Shown: positions 9,277 to 19,904 of the stretch, piece by piece
Position numbering within the stretch: the first letter of the stretch is position 1
Layout: every line of letters starts with the position of its first letter
Assembly (NCBI GenBank): GCA_016214035.1
Contig: JACRPF010000011.1
Span: forward strand, 129,430-193,429
Source of the DNA: Spirochaetota bacterium
Lineage (GTDB): Bacteria; Spirochaetota; Brachyspiria; Brachyspirales; JACRPF01
DNA length: 64,000 nucleotides
Direction: 5' to 3'
The notes under the pieces: generated by a model
Seen by the model: only the letters and a program-made list of their open reading frames with translations
What the model was told of the DNA's origin: nothing
The model's database searches: none
Translations under genes and position numbers: made by a program

Positions 9277-10296
9277 TTATTCGGTATACCATACCTCGGC
9301 AAGCGACGCCGCACCACTGAATCCGCCGAGCAGATATATCCTGTTCTTGAAAAAAACCGCCGCGGCGCTTTGCCTGCCGGTGAACACCTGTGTTGTCGTG
9401 ACTTCATTCCACGATACGCCGTCAACAGAAGTTTTTATGGTCGATACGGGCGCTGCTGTCGTACTATTCAGATTGGTGTTGCCGCCGATAATCCACATTT
9501 TATTATCTGCAACCGTATATGCCATCAGCATGCCGCGCGGACCGGTGTAGTATGTCCAATTAACCCCGTTGTCGCTCGAAACATAATAGTGCCCGGAGGC
9601 ATCGAAAACCGTGCCGTCCTGACCATACATGAAAGCGAGTTTCCCGTTCAGCGCGAATGCCGCCCCGAAGCGAAGCGATTCAAATGGCGTAGTTGGCCAC
9701 CACAGGTTCCAGGTTGCGCCGTCTGTCGTGTTATAGATATCGTTTGTTACTACCCCATTATCGCCGCCAAGTATCCACATTTTATTATCATACACGAATC
9801 CGGCGCATCCCTGACGGCCGCCGTGACTGAATGCGGCGCCCGTTGCAAGTGTCCAGTTCGTGCCGTCCGCGGTGTACCAGACATCGTTCAGATAGGTATT
9901 CGAATAACCGCCGATGACCCACATTTTATTATCGAATGTAAACAGATTGAATGAACGCCGCGGGCCGAACTGGGCGCTCGATGTAATCTGCATCCAGTTT
10001 GAACCGTCGGGGGAACGCCATACGTCGGCTAAAAGCGTGCCGCCGGTACTGTCGTCAGCGGTGTTCCAGCCGCCGATGACATAGATGTTATCTTTGAATA
10101 CCGTCGCCGCATGCCGTGCGCGTGTGGTAAATCCGCCGGTGAATGACTGCTGTTTCCATACCTTGCCGAAATTGGATGAAACAGTTGATGCATCCGGATC
10201 AAGCGGATTGTTGCGCGGCTGCAGTGTCGGAAAACATGAGATGAGAAGCAGTGTTGCCGAAAGGATGAACGCGAATATAAACAGATGCTTTTTCAT
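9277..10296 (-). CDS. Kelch-repeat beta-propeller lipoprotein
   Basis: ORF trimmed to ATG 10296, with GAGG 6 nt upstream. MKKHLFIFAFILSATLLLISC lipobox. Six blades marked by DNIYVIGGW, DNKMWVIGGY, DNKMWILGG, NGKLAFMYG, DNKMWIIGG, KNRIYLLGG. Confidence 0.8.
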   Translation of the reverse strand: MKKHLFIFAFILSATLLLISCFPTLQPRNNPLDPDASTVSSNFGKVWKQQSFTGGFTTRARHAATVFKDNIYVIGGWNTADDSTGGTLLADVWRSPDGSNWMQITSSAQFGPRRSFNLFTFDNKMWVIGGYSNTYLNDVWYTADGTNWTLATGAAFSHGGRQGCAGFVYDNKMWILGGDNGVVTNDIYNTTDGATWNLWWPTTPFESLRFGAAFALNGKLAFMYGQDGTVFDASGHYYVSSDNGVNWTYYTGPRGMLMAYTVADNKMWIIGGNTNLNSTTAAPVSTIKTSVDGVSWNEVTTTQVFTGRQSAAAVFFKNRIYLLGGFSGAASLAEVWYTE

Positions 10297-10313
10297 ATGA
10301 TACCTCATATCCG

Positions 10314-11297
10314 TTAAAATCGCGCGCTGAATGCAAGCGCCGCGGTCTGTCCGTCATAATAGGGGATGACCATCGCGGTGGTCGTCATCTCTGGCGTGAA
10401 AAACCACCAGGCGGCGAGTCCAACGGCAGCGCCGTAGCATGACCAGGCAACGATATAGTTCACCGGAGCGATATTGACTACTGCATTGCTGTAATTCAGC
10501 CATTTATTGGCAAAATCACCGGTAGCGTTTTTATAATTGTCATATTTCTGGATAGGGTCGAGATAGGCCATCGTATTTATCGCAACACCGGCCGCAGCAA
10601 CGCCGATACTCGACCAGAACAATATTGGTTTCAGTATATTCGGCTCAGCTCCCGAAGCAACGCGTGCACGGGCGGCTGCATCGCGTTTTGACCGGTCATC
10701 GGCTTCACGGCGCGCACGTTCGTCTGCCTCGCGGCGGGATTTCTCATCCATATCACGGCGCGCCTTTTCCTCGGCATCGCGTTTCGCTTTCGCTTCCTGT
10801 TCGTCACGCGCTCTATTGTCCGCCCTCGTGTCGCGCTTTGCCGGCATGTTCGCGAAGTCACGGGCGATCTTGCCCACTTCTTCGAGAAGCGCATCCATTT
10901 CGCCTTTAACCTTTGCCTGCTTGGCCGCGGTGATCTCCGATGTTTCTACATTGATTAGATTAACCGACACCGTATACGTGCTGCCGAACTTCGATAGCGT
11001 ACCGGTGAACATATATTCCATATTGAGTATTTTACCTATCTGCACGGCGCAGGCGGTGTCCGAGCAGCCGGTCTGCTGGAATGACTGCTCTTTCATTATT
11101 TTATCCATGCTCGCGCGGTCGATGACCGTGAACATTTTCGTGTCAACGAGATACGCGCGGAACGAATCCGCAAGCGCTGATGCGTCATCCGCCGACACTG
11201 CCTTTCCCTGAAAGTCCATAACCGCAACGCGGTATGTTGCCGGGAACAGCATGCTGCTGAGCGCAAGCACTACAGCTCCGAATAATAGTTTTTTCAT
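10314..11297 (-). CDS. secreted protein with CsgG/LpoB-like (TolB-N-like) domain, charged R/D/E/K linker and hydrophobic C-terminal region
   Basis: ATG 11297 has GGAGG 9 nt upstream. Signal peptide MKKLLFGAVVLALSSMLF. YRVAVMDFQGK ... GCSDTACAVQIGKIL resembles the LpoB/CsgG-type fold, from memory. Low-complexity run RDAEEKARRDMDEKSRREADERARREADDRSKRD. Confidence 0.55.
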   Translation of the reverse strand: MKKLLFGAVVLALSSMLFPATYRVAVMDFQGKAVSADDASALADSFRAYLVDTKMFTVIDRASMDKIMKEQSFQQTGCSDTACAVQIGKILNMEYMFTGTLSKFGSTYTVSVNLINVETSEITAAKQAKVKGEMDALLEEVGKIARDFANMPAKRDTRADNRARDEQEAKAKRDAEEKARRDMDEKSRREADERARREADDRSKRDAAARARVASGAEPNILKPILFWSSIGVAAAGVAINTMAYLDPIQKYDNYKNATGDFANKWLNYSNAVVNIAPVNYIVAWSCYGAAVGLAAWWFFTPEMTTTAMVIPYYDGQTAALAFSARF

Positions 11298-11489
11298 ATC
11301 GACAGGCCTCCAAATAGTAATACCATAACCAAGATTCATCAAAAGCGGGCAGTCGATATTATATCATCGCCGTGTTTTTCGTCAATGAAAAACGGCATGA
11401 GAAAATTAAGCTGCCTTATGGACGGAAGCAACTGCTGTCGGGATGTTGGAGGCATTGATTTCGCCGCAGGATCAGAGTATGTTCATCGT

Positions 11490-12593
11490 ATGAGAGTTAC
11501 AGTGGTAATAGCAGCCCTCACAGCGATATGCTGTTACGGCATCGATGTGCAGTTGAAGCTGGTCTCCCGCTGCAGTTATGTTGAAATCTCCCATCCGCGT
11601 GGAATCACGGTGCAGGATGCATCGGGCAATAGTAATAAAAAAGAGAAGATACGATGCAGCCGTACTGACAGTTCCGCCGCCGTTATGATGTTCCCCGGCG
11701 ATGAAGCCGTTCCAATGACCGTACGCACGGAGCGTTCCTGCCGCACCTATTTCGGAAGTATATCCGTAGCCGTTTCAAACCGGACACTGTATGTGAACAA
11801 TAAAATATCCGAAGAGCGATATCTCTCCTCGGTTGTCGGCAGCGAAATGGGTCATGCTTCCCGCGAGGCATTGAGGGCTCAGGCGATAGCGTCGCGTACG
11901 CTCATCGCATATATTGAGCAGCATTCCGATGAACGTTCTTTGGGGGAACTTGACGGAGAGCATCAGGTATATGGCGGTGCAATCACCGATACGCCGGCGA
12001 GCCGGAGTGCAGTTGCCGACACCGCAGGCATGATAATGACCTATAACGGGCGGCTTTTTTATCCATTCATGCATTCGACATCATGCGGGGTCGTGTTCCC
12101 GCCGTCAACGGCATTAGGATTATCCGGTGATGATTACCCCGCGCATATCAATCCGTTTCCCGATGATGTGCACGGAGAACCGCTTAGCGGCCGCTCTCCG
12201 TATTTCGCTTGGACGCGCCAGGTGCCGTATGCTTCGCTGAAATCTGTCTTCAACCTGCCGGCAGATGCGGTGGCGGTGACGTCAGCCGTTCATCGATTCG
12301 GATATGTTACCGATTTCTTCATCATCGACAGAACGGGAGCGCAGCATACCGTACCCGGATATCGTTTCCGGTCACTGCTGGAACGCAGCGGGATTGAAGG
12401 CGTTCGCAGCGTTTTCTGCAGCGTGTCGAACACCCGTGCCGTCGTTGTCATCAGCGGCAGGGGATTCGGCCATCTCGCGGGAATGCCGCAATGGAGTGCA
12501 AAACGTCTCGCAGAGATGGGTTTTTCATATCGGGAGATACTTGAGCGTTACTATCCGGGGGCGGTTATCACCGCACAGCGTGGTATACGATAA
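11490..12593 (+). CDS. SpoIID/LytB-domain protein (second copy)
   Basis: ORF 11385..12593. ATG 11490 gives MRVTVVIAALTAICCYG, a signal-like N-terminus. Motifs ERYLSSVVGSEMG, ALRAQAIASRT, PFMHSTSCG, GFGHLAGMPQWSA. Confidence 0.8.
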   Translation: MRVTVVIAALTAICCYGIDVQLKLVSRCSYVEISHPRGITVQDASGNSNKKEKIRCSRTDSSAAVMMFPGDEAVPMTVRTERSCRTYFGSISVAVSNRTLYVNNKISEERYLSSVVGSEMGHASREALRAQAIASRTLIAYIEQHSDERSLGELDGEHQVYGGAITDTPASRSAVADTAGMIMTYNGRLFYPFMHSTSCGVVFPPSTALGLSGDDYPAHINPFPDDVHGEPLSGRSPYFAWTRQVPYASLKSVFNLPADAVAVTSAVHRFGYVTDFFIIDRTGAQHTVPGYRFRSLLERSGIEGVRSVFCSVSNTRAVVVISGRGFGHLAGMPQWSAKRLAEMGFSYREILERYYPGAVITAQRGIR

Positions 12594-12651
12594 GAACCAC
12601 CGTACGTAAGAATCACCGTACGTTGACTTTCCACCATATTTATTGTACATT
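12594..12651 (+). promoter_or_regulatory. candidate ilvB promoter overlapped by a 2x tandem 16-bp direct repeat (possible operator)
   Basis: GAACCACCGTACGT (12594-12607) and GAATCACCGTACGT (12610-12623), each with a palindromic CGTACG core. TTGACT (12623-12628), 17-nt spacer, TACATT (12646-12651). Confidence 0.4.
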
Positions 12652-12733
12652 GTTTGCGTTGCCGTCCCGTGCAAACATGCGCGACAGTCACACTGATAAT
12701 CCGTCCACGGCATAATAATGAGGAATCATAGCC

Positions 12734-14470
12734 ATGAAAAAGATGACCGGAGCTGAAATGATCGTCGAGGCCCTTCGCAAAGAGGGTGTGGAATATCTTT
12801 TCGCCTACCAGGGCGGCGTGGTCATACCCATTTTCGACGCGCTTGCGAAACAGCAGGATATCAAAGTCATCATTCCGCGCCATGAACAGGGCGCGGCGCA
12901 TGCGGCAGACGGCTATGCGCGCGTTACCGGCAAGGTGGGCGTTTGCCTGGCAACAAGCGGGCCGGGTGCCACGAATCTTGTTACCGGCATCGCCAACGCG
13001 TATATGGATTCCATACCGATGGTCGCCATCACGGGGCAGGTCGCCACGATGATGATCGGCAATGACGCGTTCCAGGAAGCGGATCTTACCGGCATTACGC
13101 GGACGATCACCAAACACAATTATCTCGTCCGTGACGTCAAGGATCTGCCGCGCATACTGAAAGAAGCGTTCTACATCGCGCGTACCGGCCGTCCGGGTCC
13201 GGTACTTGTCGATATGCCTGCTGATGTCGTCAAGGCAGCACTTACACAGGAATATCCGGAGACCGTTGATATCAGAAGTTACAAGCCAAACTATAAAGGT
13301 CATCCGCGGCAGATCAAACAGGCGGCGGCGATGATAATGGCCGCGAAACGGCCGGTGATAATGGGCGGCGCCGGTGTCATCCATGCAGGCGGAAGCGACG
13401 TGCTCCGCGCATTCGTTAAAAAGACCGGCATACCGATAACGACGACGCTTCTCGGCCTCGGCATTTATCCAACTGAAGACGAATTGTTTCTCGGCATGCC
13501 CGGCATGCACGGACTTTTTGCGGCGAATCATGCGCTTACCGAAAGCGATCTTATCATCTCGGTCGGCGCGCGTTTCGATGACCGGGTTACCGGCAAGCTC
13601 GAGAGTTTTGCGCCGCACGCGAAAGTGATACATATCGATATCGACCCGACGTCGGTGTCAAAAAGCGTCGCGGTGGATATTCCCATCATCGGCGACGCGA
13701 AGATGGTGCTCGATGAGCTTATCACCGACGTGAGCGCCTGCGACATCGGTGAATGGAAGGCGCGCGTGATGCAGTGGAAGAAAGACAATCCGCTCAAGTA
13801 TGATCATGAGGGTGAGATAATAAAGCCGCAGTTCGTCCTCGAAACGTTAAGCCGCATCGCGCCGCCGGATGCGCTTGTCGCCACCGACGTGGGACAGCAC
13901 CAGATGTGGACGGCTCAGTTCTATCAGTTCAAGCATCCGCGGCAGCTCATCACTTCCGGTGGCTTGGGCACCATGGGGTTCGGACTTCCCGCGGCCATCG
14001 GCGCGCAGCTCGGATCACCCGAAAAGAAAGTGCTCCTCATCTCCGGCGACGGCAGCATACAGATGAACATTCAGGAGCTTGCCACCATTTCGAATTACGA
14101 CCTTCCGGTGAAGATCATCATATTGAACAATCACTATCTCGGCATGGTCCGCCAGTGGCAGGAACTGTTCTTCGGAAAGAATTACGCCTCGACGTGTCTG
14201 CAGAAAAAAACGAGCTGTCCTCCCGGATGCAACAGCCCGACGGAAGATTGTCCCATGTATGTGCCGAACTTCGTGAAGCTTGCGGACGCGTACGGCATCG
14301 CCGCAGCGTGCGTATCGAAAAAAAGCGATGTCGAAGCTGCGCTCAAAAAAGCGCTCGACCACAAGGGCGCATATCTTCTTGATGTGCAGACGGCGCGCGA
14401 AGAGAATGTGATGCCGATGGTCCCCGCGGGTCAGCCGATAAATCAGATGCTGCTGCATGGTTTGGCTTGA
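12734..14470 (+). CDS. ilvB: acetolactate synthase (AHAS) large subunit
   Basis: GYARVTGKVGVCLATSGPGATNLVTGIANAYMDSIPMV. ThDP motif GGLGTMGFGLPAAIGA ... GDGSIQMNIQELAT ... LNN. No ilvN-like small subunit follows. Confidence 0.92.
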   Translation: MKKMTGAEMIVEALRKEGVEYLFAYQGGVVIPIFDALAKQQDIKVIIPRHEQGAAHAADGYARVTGKVGVCLATSGPGATNLVTGIANAYMDSIPMVAITGQVATMMIGNDAFQEADLTGITRTITKHNYLVRDVKDLPRILKEAFYIARTGRPGPVLVDMPADVVKAALTQEYPETVDIRSYKPNYKGHPRQIKQAAAMIMAAKRPVIMGGAGVIHAGGSDVLRAFVKKTGIPITTTLLGLGIYPTEDELFLGMPGMHGLFAANHALTESDLIISVGARFDDRVTGKLESFAPHAKVIHIDIDPTSVSKSVAVDIPIIGDAKMVLDELITDVSACDIGEWKARVMQWKKDNPLKYDHEGEIIKPQFVLETLSRIAPPDALVATDVGQHQMWTAQFYQFKHPRQLITSGGLGTMGFGLPAAIGAQLGSPEKKVLLISGDGSIQMNIQELATISNYDLPVKIIILNNHYLGMVRQWQELFFGKNYASTCLQKKTSCPPGCNSPTEDCPMYVPNFVKLADAYGIAAACVSKKSDVEAALKKALDHKGAYLLDVQTAREENVMPMVPAGQPINQMLLHGLA

Positions 14471-14582
14471 TGCGGGCTTTGTTTTCTCAAGTTTAAGGAG
14501 GAGTAGTATTTACATCGCGCACGATGCGCGACGATAACGAGCAACAGGCCTTGCCCGCATCTGCGAGCGCCAGCGATCCCGG

Positions 14583-15437
14583 ATGGATCGCGAGAGCGAC
14601 AGTATGCAGAGAAAAAACGATATCCGGGGTGGTCTGAATATATTTGAAGGAATGCTGCTTAGCCGTATGAATAAACTTGTCACTGCACTACTATTGAGTA
14701 TTCTGCTGTCATCCGTCGCCTTCGCCGGTGCACGTCCGCAGAAGGCGGTGTTCATCCTCTGCTATCACACCTTCATGGGGAACAATCCAAAAAGTACGAT
14801 CGATTTTTCCGTGGATGAATTCCGCGCGCAGATGCGTGAGATCATCACCAACGGCTTCCGTTTTGTCACCTACCGCGACATCACCAACGACACGCTCACC
14901 GGCGTCACCAATGTACTAATCACCGTCGACGACGGTTTCAAGTCGATGCTGCCCGTGTATTCCAATGTCATGAAGCCCATGGGCATTCAGCCGGTCATCG
15001 CGATATACCCGGCCATCATCGGTGTCGGAAGCGCATTCATGACATGGAAAGACATCGTCGCGCTTGCGAATGACGGATGCGAGATAGCCTCGCACGGCTA
15101 TAACCACGAGCGCATCACGGCGGATTTGCTCCTCACCTCACCGAAAGTATTCAGTAATGAGATATACCGGTCAAAAAAGATGCTCGAGACGAATCTGGGC
15201 CGGCCGGTGACGGCGTTTGTATATCCGTACGGCGTGCGTTCGGCGGTAACCGTTTCCAATGTGCGTGCCGCGGGGTACACCTGTGCGTTCACCATCGAGC
15301 GCGGCGCGGTGCTCCTGCCGCTCTCCGAGAACCGCGATATGCACCAGCTCTCGCGGTACATGATCATCACCTCCAAAAAGGATTGGGAAAACATCATGAC
15401 GTATATGAAAGCATTCGTGCGAAGGACGAATATATGA
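14583..15437 (+). CDS. polysaccharide deacetylase (NodB-homology) family protein, secreted or membrane-anchored
   Basis: LITVDDGFKS, IASHGYNHE and YPYG motifs. Hydrophobic KLVTALLLSILLSSVAFA. The true start is probably internal (ATG 14604, 14652 or 14667). Confidence 0.75.
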   Translation: MDRESDSMQRKNDIRGGLNIFEGMLLSRMNKLVTALLLSILLSSVAFAGARPQKAVFILCYHTFMGNNPKSTIDFSVDEFRAQMREIITNGFRFVTYRDITNDTLTGVTNVLITVDDGFKSMLPVYSNVMKPMGIQPVIAIYPAIIGVGSAFMTWKDIVALANDGCEIASHGYNHERITADLLLTSPKVFSNEIYRSKKMLETNLGRPVTAFVYPYGVRSAVTVSNVRAAGYTCAFTIERGAVLLPLSENRDMHQLSRYMIITSKKDWENIMTYMKAFVRRTNI

Positions 15438-16509
15438 TTCCGCATTCACGGCCAACCATTCAGAAGAAAGACCTTGAGGAAGCGCTTAATGTGCTGGTGA
15501 GCGACAAACTCGCCACCGGCAACGTGGTGTATGAATTCGAGCGCGCGTTCGCCAATTATTTCGGCAAGGGATTTTCAGCCGTGTTCGTCACGAGCGGTAC
15601 GGCGGCGCTTGAGCTCATCATGGAACAGATGGGCATCGGCGAGGGCGATGAGGTGATACTCTCGTCATTTCTGAACGTATCGCCCCTGCAGGTCATCACC
15701 GCGCGGAAGGCCAAGCCCGTACTTGTCGATATCGGCGAGGACACGTTCAACATGGATATGGACATGGTGCTGGAGCGCATCACCGAACGGACGAAGGCGG
15801 TCATCGTGTCGCATATGTTCGGAAGTGTTGCGCTCATCGATGAACTCGCCGAGGCGAAGGTGCCGCTCATCGAGGACTGCGGCCATGCGCTCGGTGCGCG
15901 CTTCAAGGGACTTCCCGCGGGGAGTTTCAGCGACTACGCATATTTCTCGCTTGCGGCAACCCGGATGATCACGAGCGGCGGCGCGGGCGGCATGATACTG
16001 ACGCGCAAAAAAGGCATTGAAGAACTCCGCGACATCCGCCACTACGACAAGAAGGACGATTTCAAGAAACGGTATAACTTTTACCCCACCGATCTGCAGG
16101 CCGCGGTGGGTCTTTCTGAAATGCGCGAACTTGATAAGGACAATCCGATCCGCAATAAGGGACTCCTGCAGATACGCCGCGAGATTGCCGAGATATATAA
16201 TACATCGCTCATGCAGGCGAAGGCGTCAAAACCCATCGTGCATGATACCGAGATTCCCAATAATTACCGTTATGTCATCCGTCTCGACGGCGAGATGACG
16301 GTGCCCGAGGTTATCGAGATGTTCGGCCGGCAGGACGTGGAAGTGGCGCGGCCGGTGTACAAACCGCTGCATCACTACCTTTCACTTCCCCGCGAGGAAT
16401 TCCCGAACACTGAAACGGCATACCTGCGTGCGGTGTCCATCCCCATCTATCCCGCGCTGCTGAAGAAACAGGTCGAGCTAATCGCGAAACTTATCAAGAG
16501 GATACGCTG

Positions 16510-16510
<1 letters not shown>
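15434..16510 (+). CDS. DegT/DnrJ/EryC1/PglE-family (fold-type I) protein with Arg at the PLP-lysine position
   Basis: ATG 15434 overlaps the deacetylase stop (ATGA), with AAGGA 8 nt upstream. TSGTAALEL and IEDCGHALGA motifs. FSLAATRMITSGGAGGMI aligns to PglE YSYNGNKIITTSGGGMLI, placing K opposite R (codon CGG 15962-15964). Confidence 0.8.
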
Positions 16511-17993
<1,483 letters not shown>

Positions 17994-18000
17994 ATGTCCG

Positions 18001-18834
18001 TCAGGCGTTTCTCATTTCGAAATACCTGTTGAGCAGATCGTTGTATTCATCCTGTAGTTTTTTCCGAAGTCCGTCGGGCAGGTCCTCGGTGGCGAGACGT
18101 TTTTTGATCTCCATGATTGCATGGAAATCGCTCAGCATTTTTTTAGCTTCCGCAGGCTTAAGGTTCGCGTCGGCCATTTTATTCGCAAATTCAGTTTTCG
18201 CAAACACATTCTGTCCCAGACGGAACGTAGCCATCTGCTTGCCGTCGGTGTCGTGCTTTTCGCCCCATATGTTGCGGCTCGCTTCGTTGAGCGCGTCCTG
18301 CATCTTTTTGAAATCGCTGTGTGAGAGACGTCCGTCCGCCTTCAACGACTTCTCAAGATTGGCGATGGATGCCTGCTGGTCCTGGAGTTTTTTAATTTCC
18401 ACGGGAGTGAGATATCCTTTCTGAACACCGTGTTCGATGCGTTTTGTCTGATTGCCCTGGCGATTGTCGATGACGGTCTCACGGGCTGTCTCTTTCTGCT
18501 TCTGGATGTCGGACGGTATCTGTTTTTTTGTCTTGTCGGCGCCGGCCAATTTGTTTGTTGCAGTAGAAGATTTTTCTTTATCCGCGCCGCTGTTCGTTGC
18601 AATCGCTTTTTTCGGATTGTTCTTGTCGGGAACGTTTCGTTTGTCGGCGTCGGCGCGTGCCGCTGCCCGTTTATCTGATGCGTCCTGTGCGTTCGCGCGT
18701 TTTTCGGTGTCGGCGGTTTTGCCCGGCTGATTTTTCTGCACCGGCTGCCGCGCCTGAGCGGTGAGTACGGATGTGCCGATCAGACAGGTGATGCACACCC
18801 CGAGAACGGTCAGAAAGCATTGCGTGGTTTTCAT
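18001..18834 (-). CDS. secreted protein with long K/A/D-rich linker and Spy/CpxP-like (LTxxQ-type) C-terminal helical domain
   Basis: ATG 18834 has GGAGG 9 nt upstream. Signal peptide MKTTQCFLTVLGVCITCLIGTSVLTA. YLTPVEIKKLQDQQ and LKPAEAKKML motifs. The family call is from memory. Confidence 0.4.
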   Translation of the reverse strand: MKTTQCFLTVLGVCITCLIGTSVLTAQARQPVQKNQPGKTADTEKRANAQDASDKRAAARADADKRNVPDKNNPKKAIATNSGADKEKSSTATNKLAGADKTKKQIPSDIQKQKETARETVIDNRQGNQTKRIEHGVQKGYLTPVEIKKLQDQQASIANLEKSLKADGRLSHSDFKKMQDALNEASRNIWGEKHDTDGKQMATFRLGQNVFAKTEFANKMADANLKPAEAKKMLSDFHAIMEIKKRLATEDLPDGLRKKLQDEYNDLLNRYFEMRNA

Positions 18835-18958
18835 ACGATGAGACCTCCGATGACATGATTGACTGTATGACCTCAGTCTGAAGTATGACGCAGCCGGGGA
18901 CGATTTAGTTCCCTGCCTCAGATTCGCCGCCGGCATCCGCGTTTTTTAAAGCCAGTAA

Positions 18959-18986
18959 TTGCATTACTGTATGGACATGATATAGT
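18959..18986 (+). promoter_or_regulatory. sigma70-type promoter (extended -10) for ilvE-mcsA-mcsB
   Basis: TTGCAT (18959-18964), 16-nt spacer, TGaTATAGT (-10 at 18981-18986). GGAG 5 nt before ATG 19029. Confidence 0.55.
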
Positions 18987-19028
18987 ACGCGGGTATCAAT
19001 GCGGTGCGATACTGAACCCGGAGATTTT

Positions 19029-19904
19029 ATGAGCGCAAGTATTTATATCGATGGAAAGTATTTCGAGCCGGCGAACGCGACCGTGTCGGTGTTCGATCAC
19101 GGATTTCTGTACGGCGACGGCGTGTTTGAAGGCATTCGTTTTTATAATAAAAGAATATTTAAATTAAACGAACACATTCAGCGGCTTTTCAATTCAGCCA
19201 AGGTCATCATGCTCGAGGTGCCGCTCACCGCCGATGCGCTCAGTGCGGCCGTGGTCACCACGGTCAAGAACAGCGGTCTGGCCGATGGATACATCCGCCT
19301 CATCGTAAGCCGCGGTACGGGCGATCTCGGTCTCGACCCGCGCAAATGCAAAAAGGCGTCAATAGTCATCATACCGAGCGAACTGAAGATGTATCCGAAG
19401 GAACTGTATGACAACGGGATCTCGCTCATCACGGTACCCACCCGGCGGAACATCAATGAATCGCTCAATCCGCGCATCAAATCGCTTAATTATCTGAACA
19501 ACATACTCGCGAAGATCGAGGCCGTGCAGCTCGGCTATGAAGAAGCGATACTGCTCAATCACGACGGGTATGTCGCCGAATGCACCGGTGATAATATTTT
19601 TTATGTCACCGGCGGCGTGCTCTATACGCCGGCGTCGCATTACGGCGCACTGAAAGGCATTACACGGGACGTCATTATCGATCTGGCGAAAGAGCAGCAT
19701 ATCACCGTGGTCGAAGCGGCAACAACGCGCTACGATTTGTATACCGCGGATGAATGTTTCCTTACCGGTACGGGCGCTGAAGTGATACCGGTCGCGAAAA
19801 TTGATGCACGCGTCATCGGCACCGGCGGTCCCGGCGGCATGACGCGAAAACTCATCGACGCGTTCAAGAAACTGGTTGCGCGTGAAGGAGTGGCGGTAGC
19901 ATGA
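19029..19904 (+). CDS. ilvE: branched-chain-amino-acid aminotransferase (class IV)
   Basis: VSVFDHGFLYGDGVFEGIR, YIRLIVSRGTGDLGLDP, KSLNYLNNILAK, ECTGDNIF, GITR. Confidence 0.88.
   Translation: MSASIYIDGKYFEPANATVSVFDHGFLYGDGVFEGIRFYNKRIFKLNEHIQRLFNSAKVIMLEVPLTADALSAAVVTTVKNSGLADGYIRLIVSRGTGDLGLDPRKCKKASIVIIPSELKMYPKELYDNGISLITVPTRRNINESLNPRIKSLNYLNNILAKIEAVQLGYEEAILLNHDGYVAECTGDNIFYVTGGVLYTPASHYGALKGITRDVIIDLAKEQHITVVEAATTRYDLYTADECFLTGTGAEVIPVAKIDARVIGTGGPGGMTRKLIDAFKKLVAREGVAVA

Noticed and set aside
9196-9954. 252-aa plus-strand ORF
   Set aside because: It is antisense to the Kelch lipoprotein gene, whose six-fold xxMWVIGG repeat and lipobox make the minus strand the real frame.
10640-10810. 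Repetitive GC-rich stretch
   Set aside because: It encodes the in-frame R/D/E/K-rich linker of the LpoB-like protein. It has no exact DNA repeat unit.
12551-13633. 360-aa minus-strand ORF
   Set aside because: It is antisense to ilvB, whose translation matches AHAS end to end. It has no start context.
14495-14535. Perfect AAGGAGG (14495-14501) after ilvB with no ATG/GTG/TTG at proper spacing, followed by the hairpin TCGCGCA-cga-TGCGCGA (14515-14531)
   Set aside because: Only an ATT-initiated 9-codon frame follows. I have no support for a leader peptide or for a terminator (no T-run). It is left unannotated.
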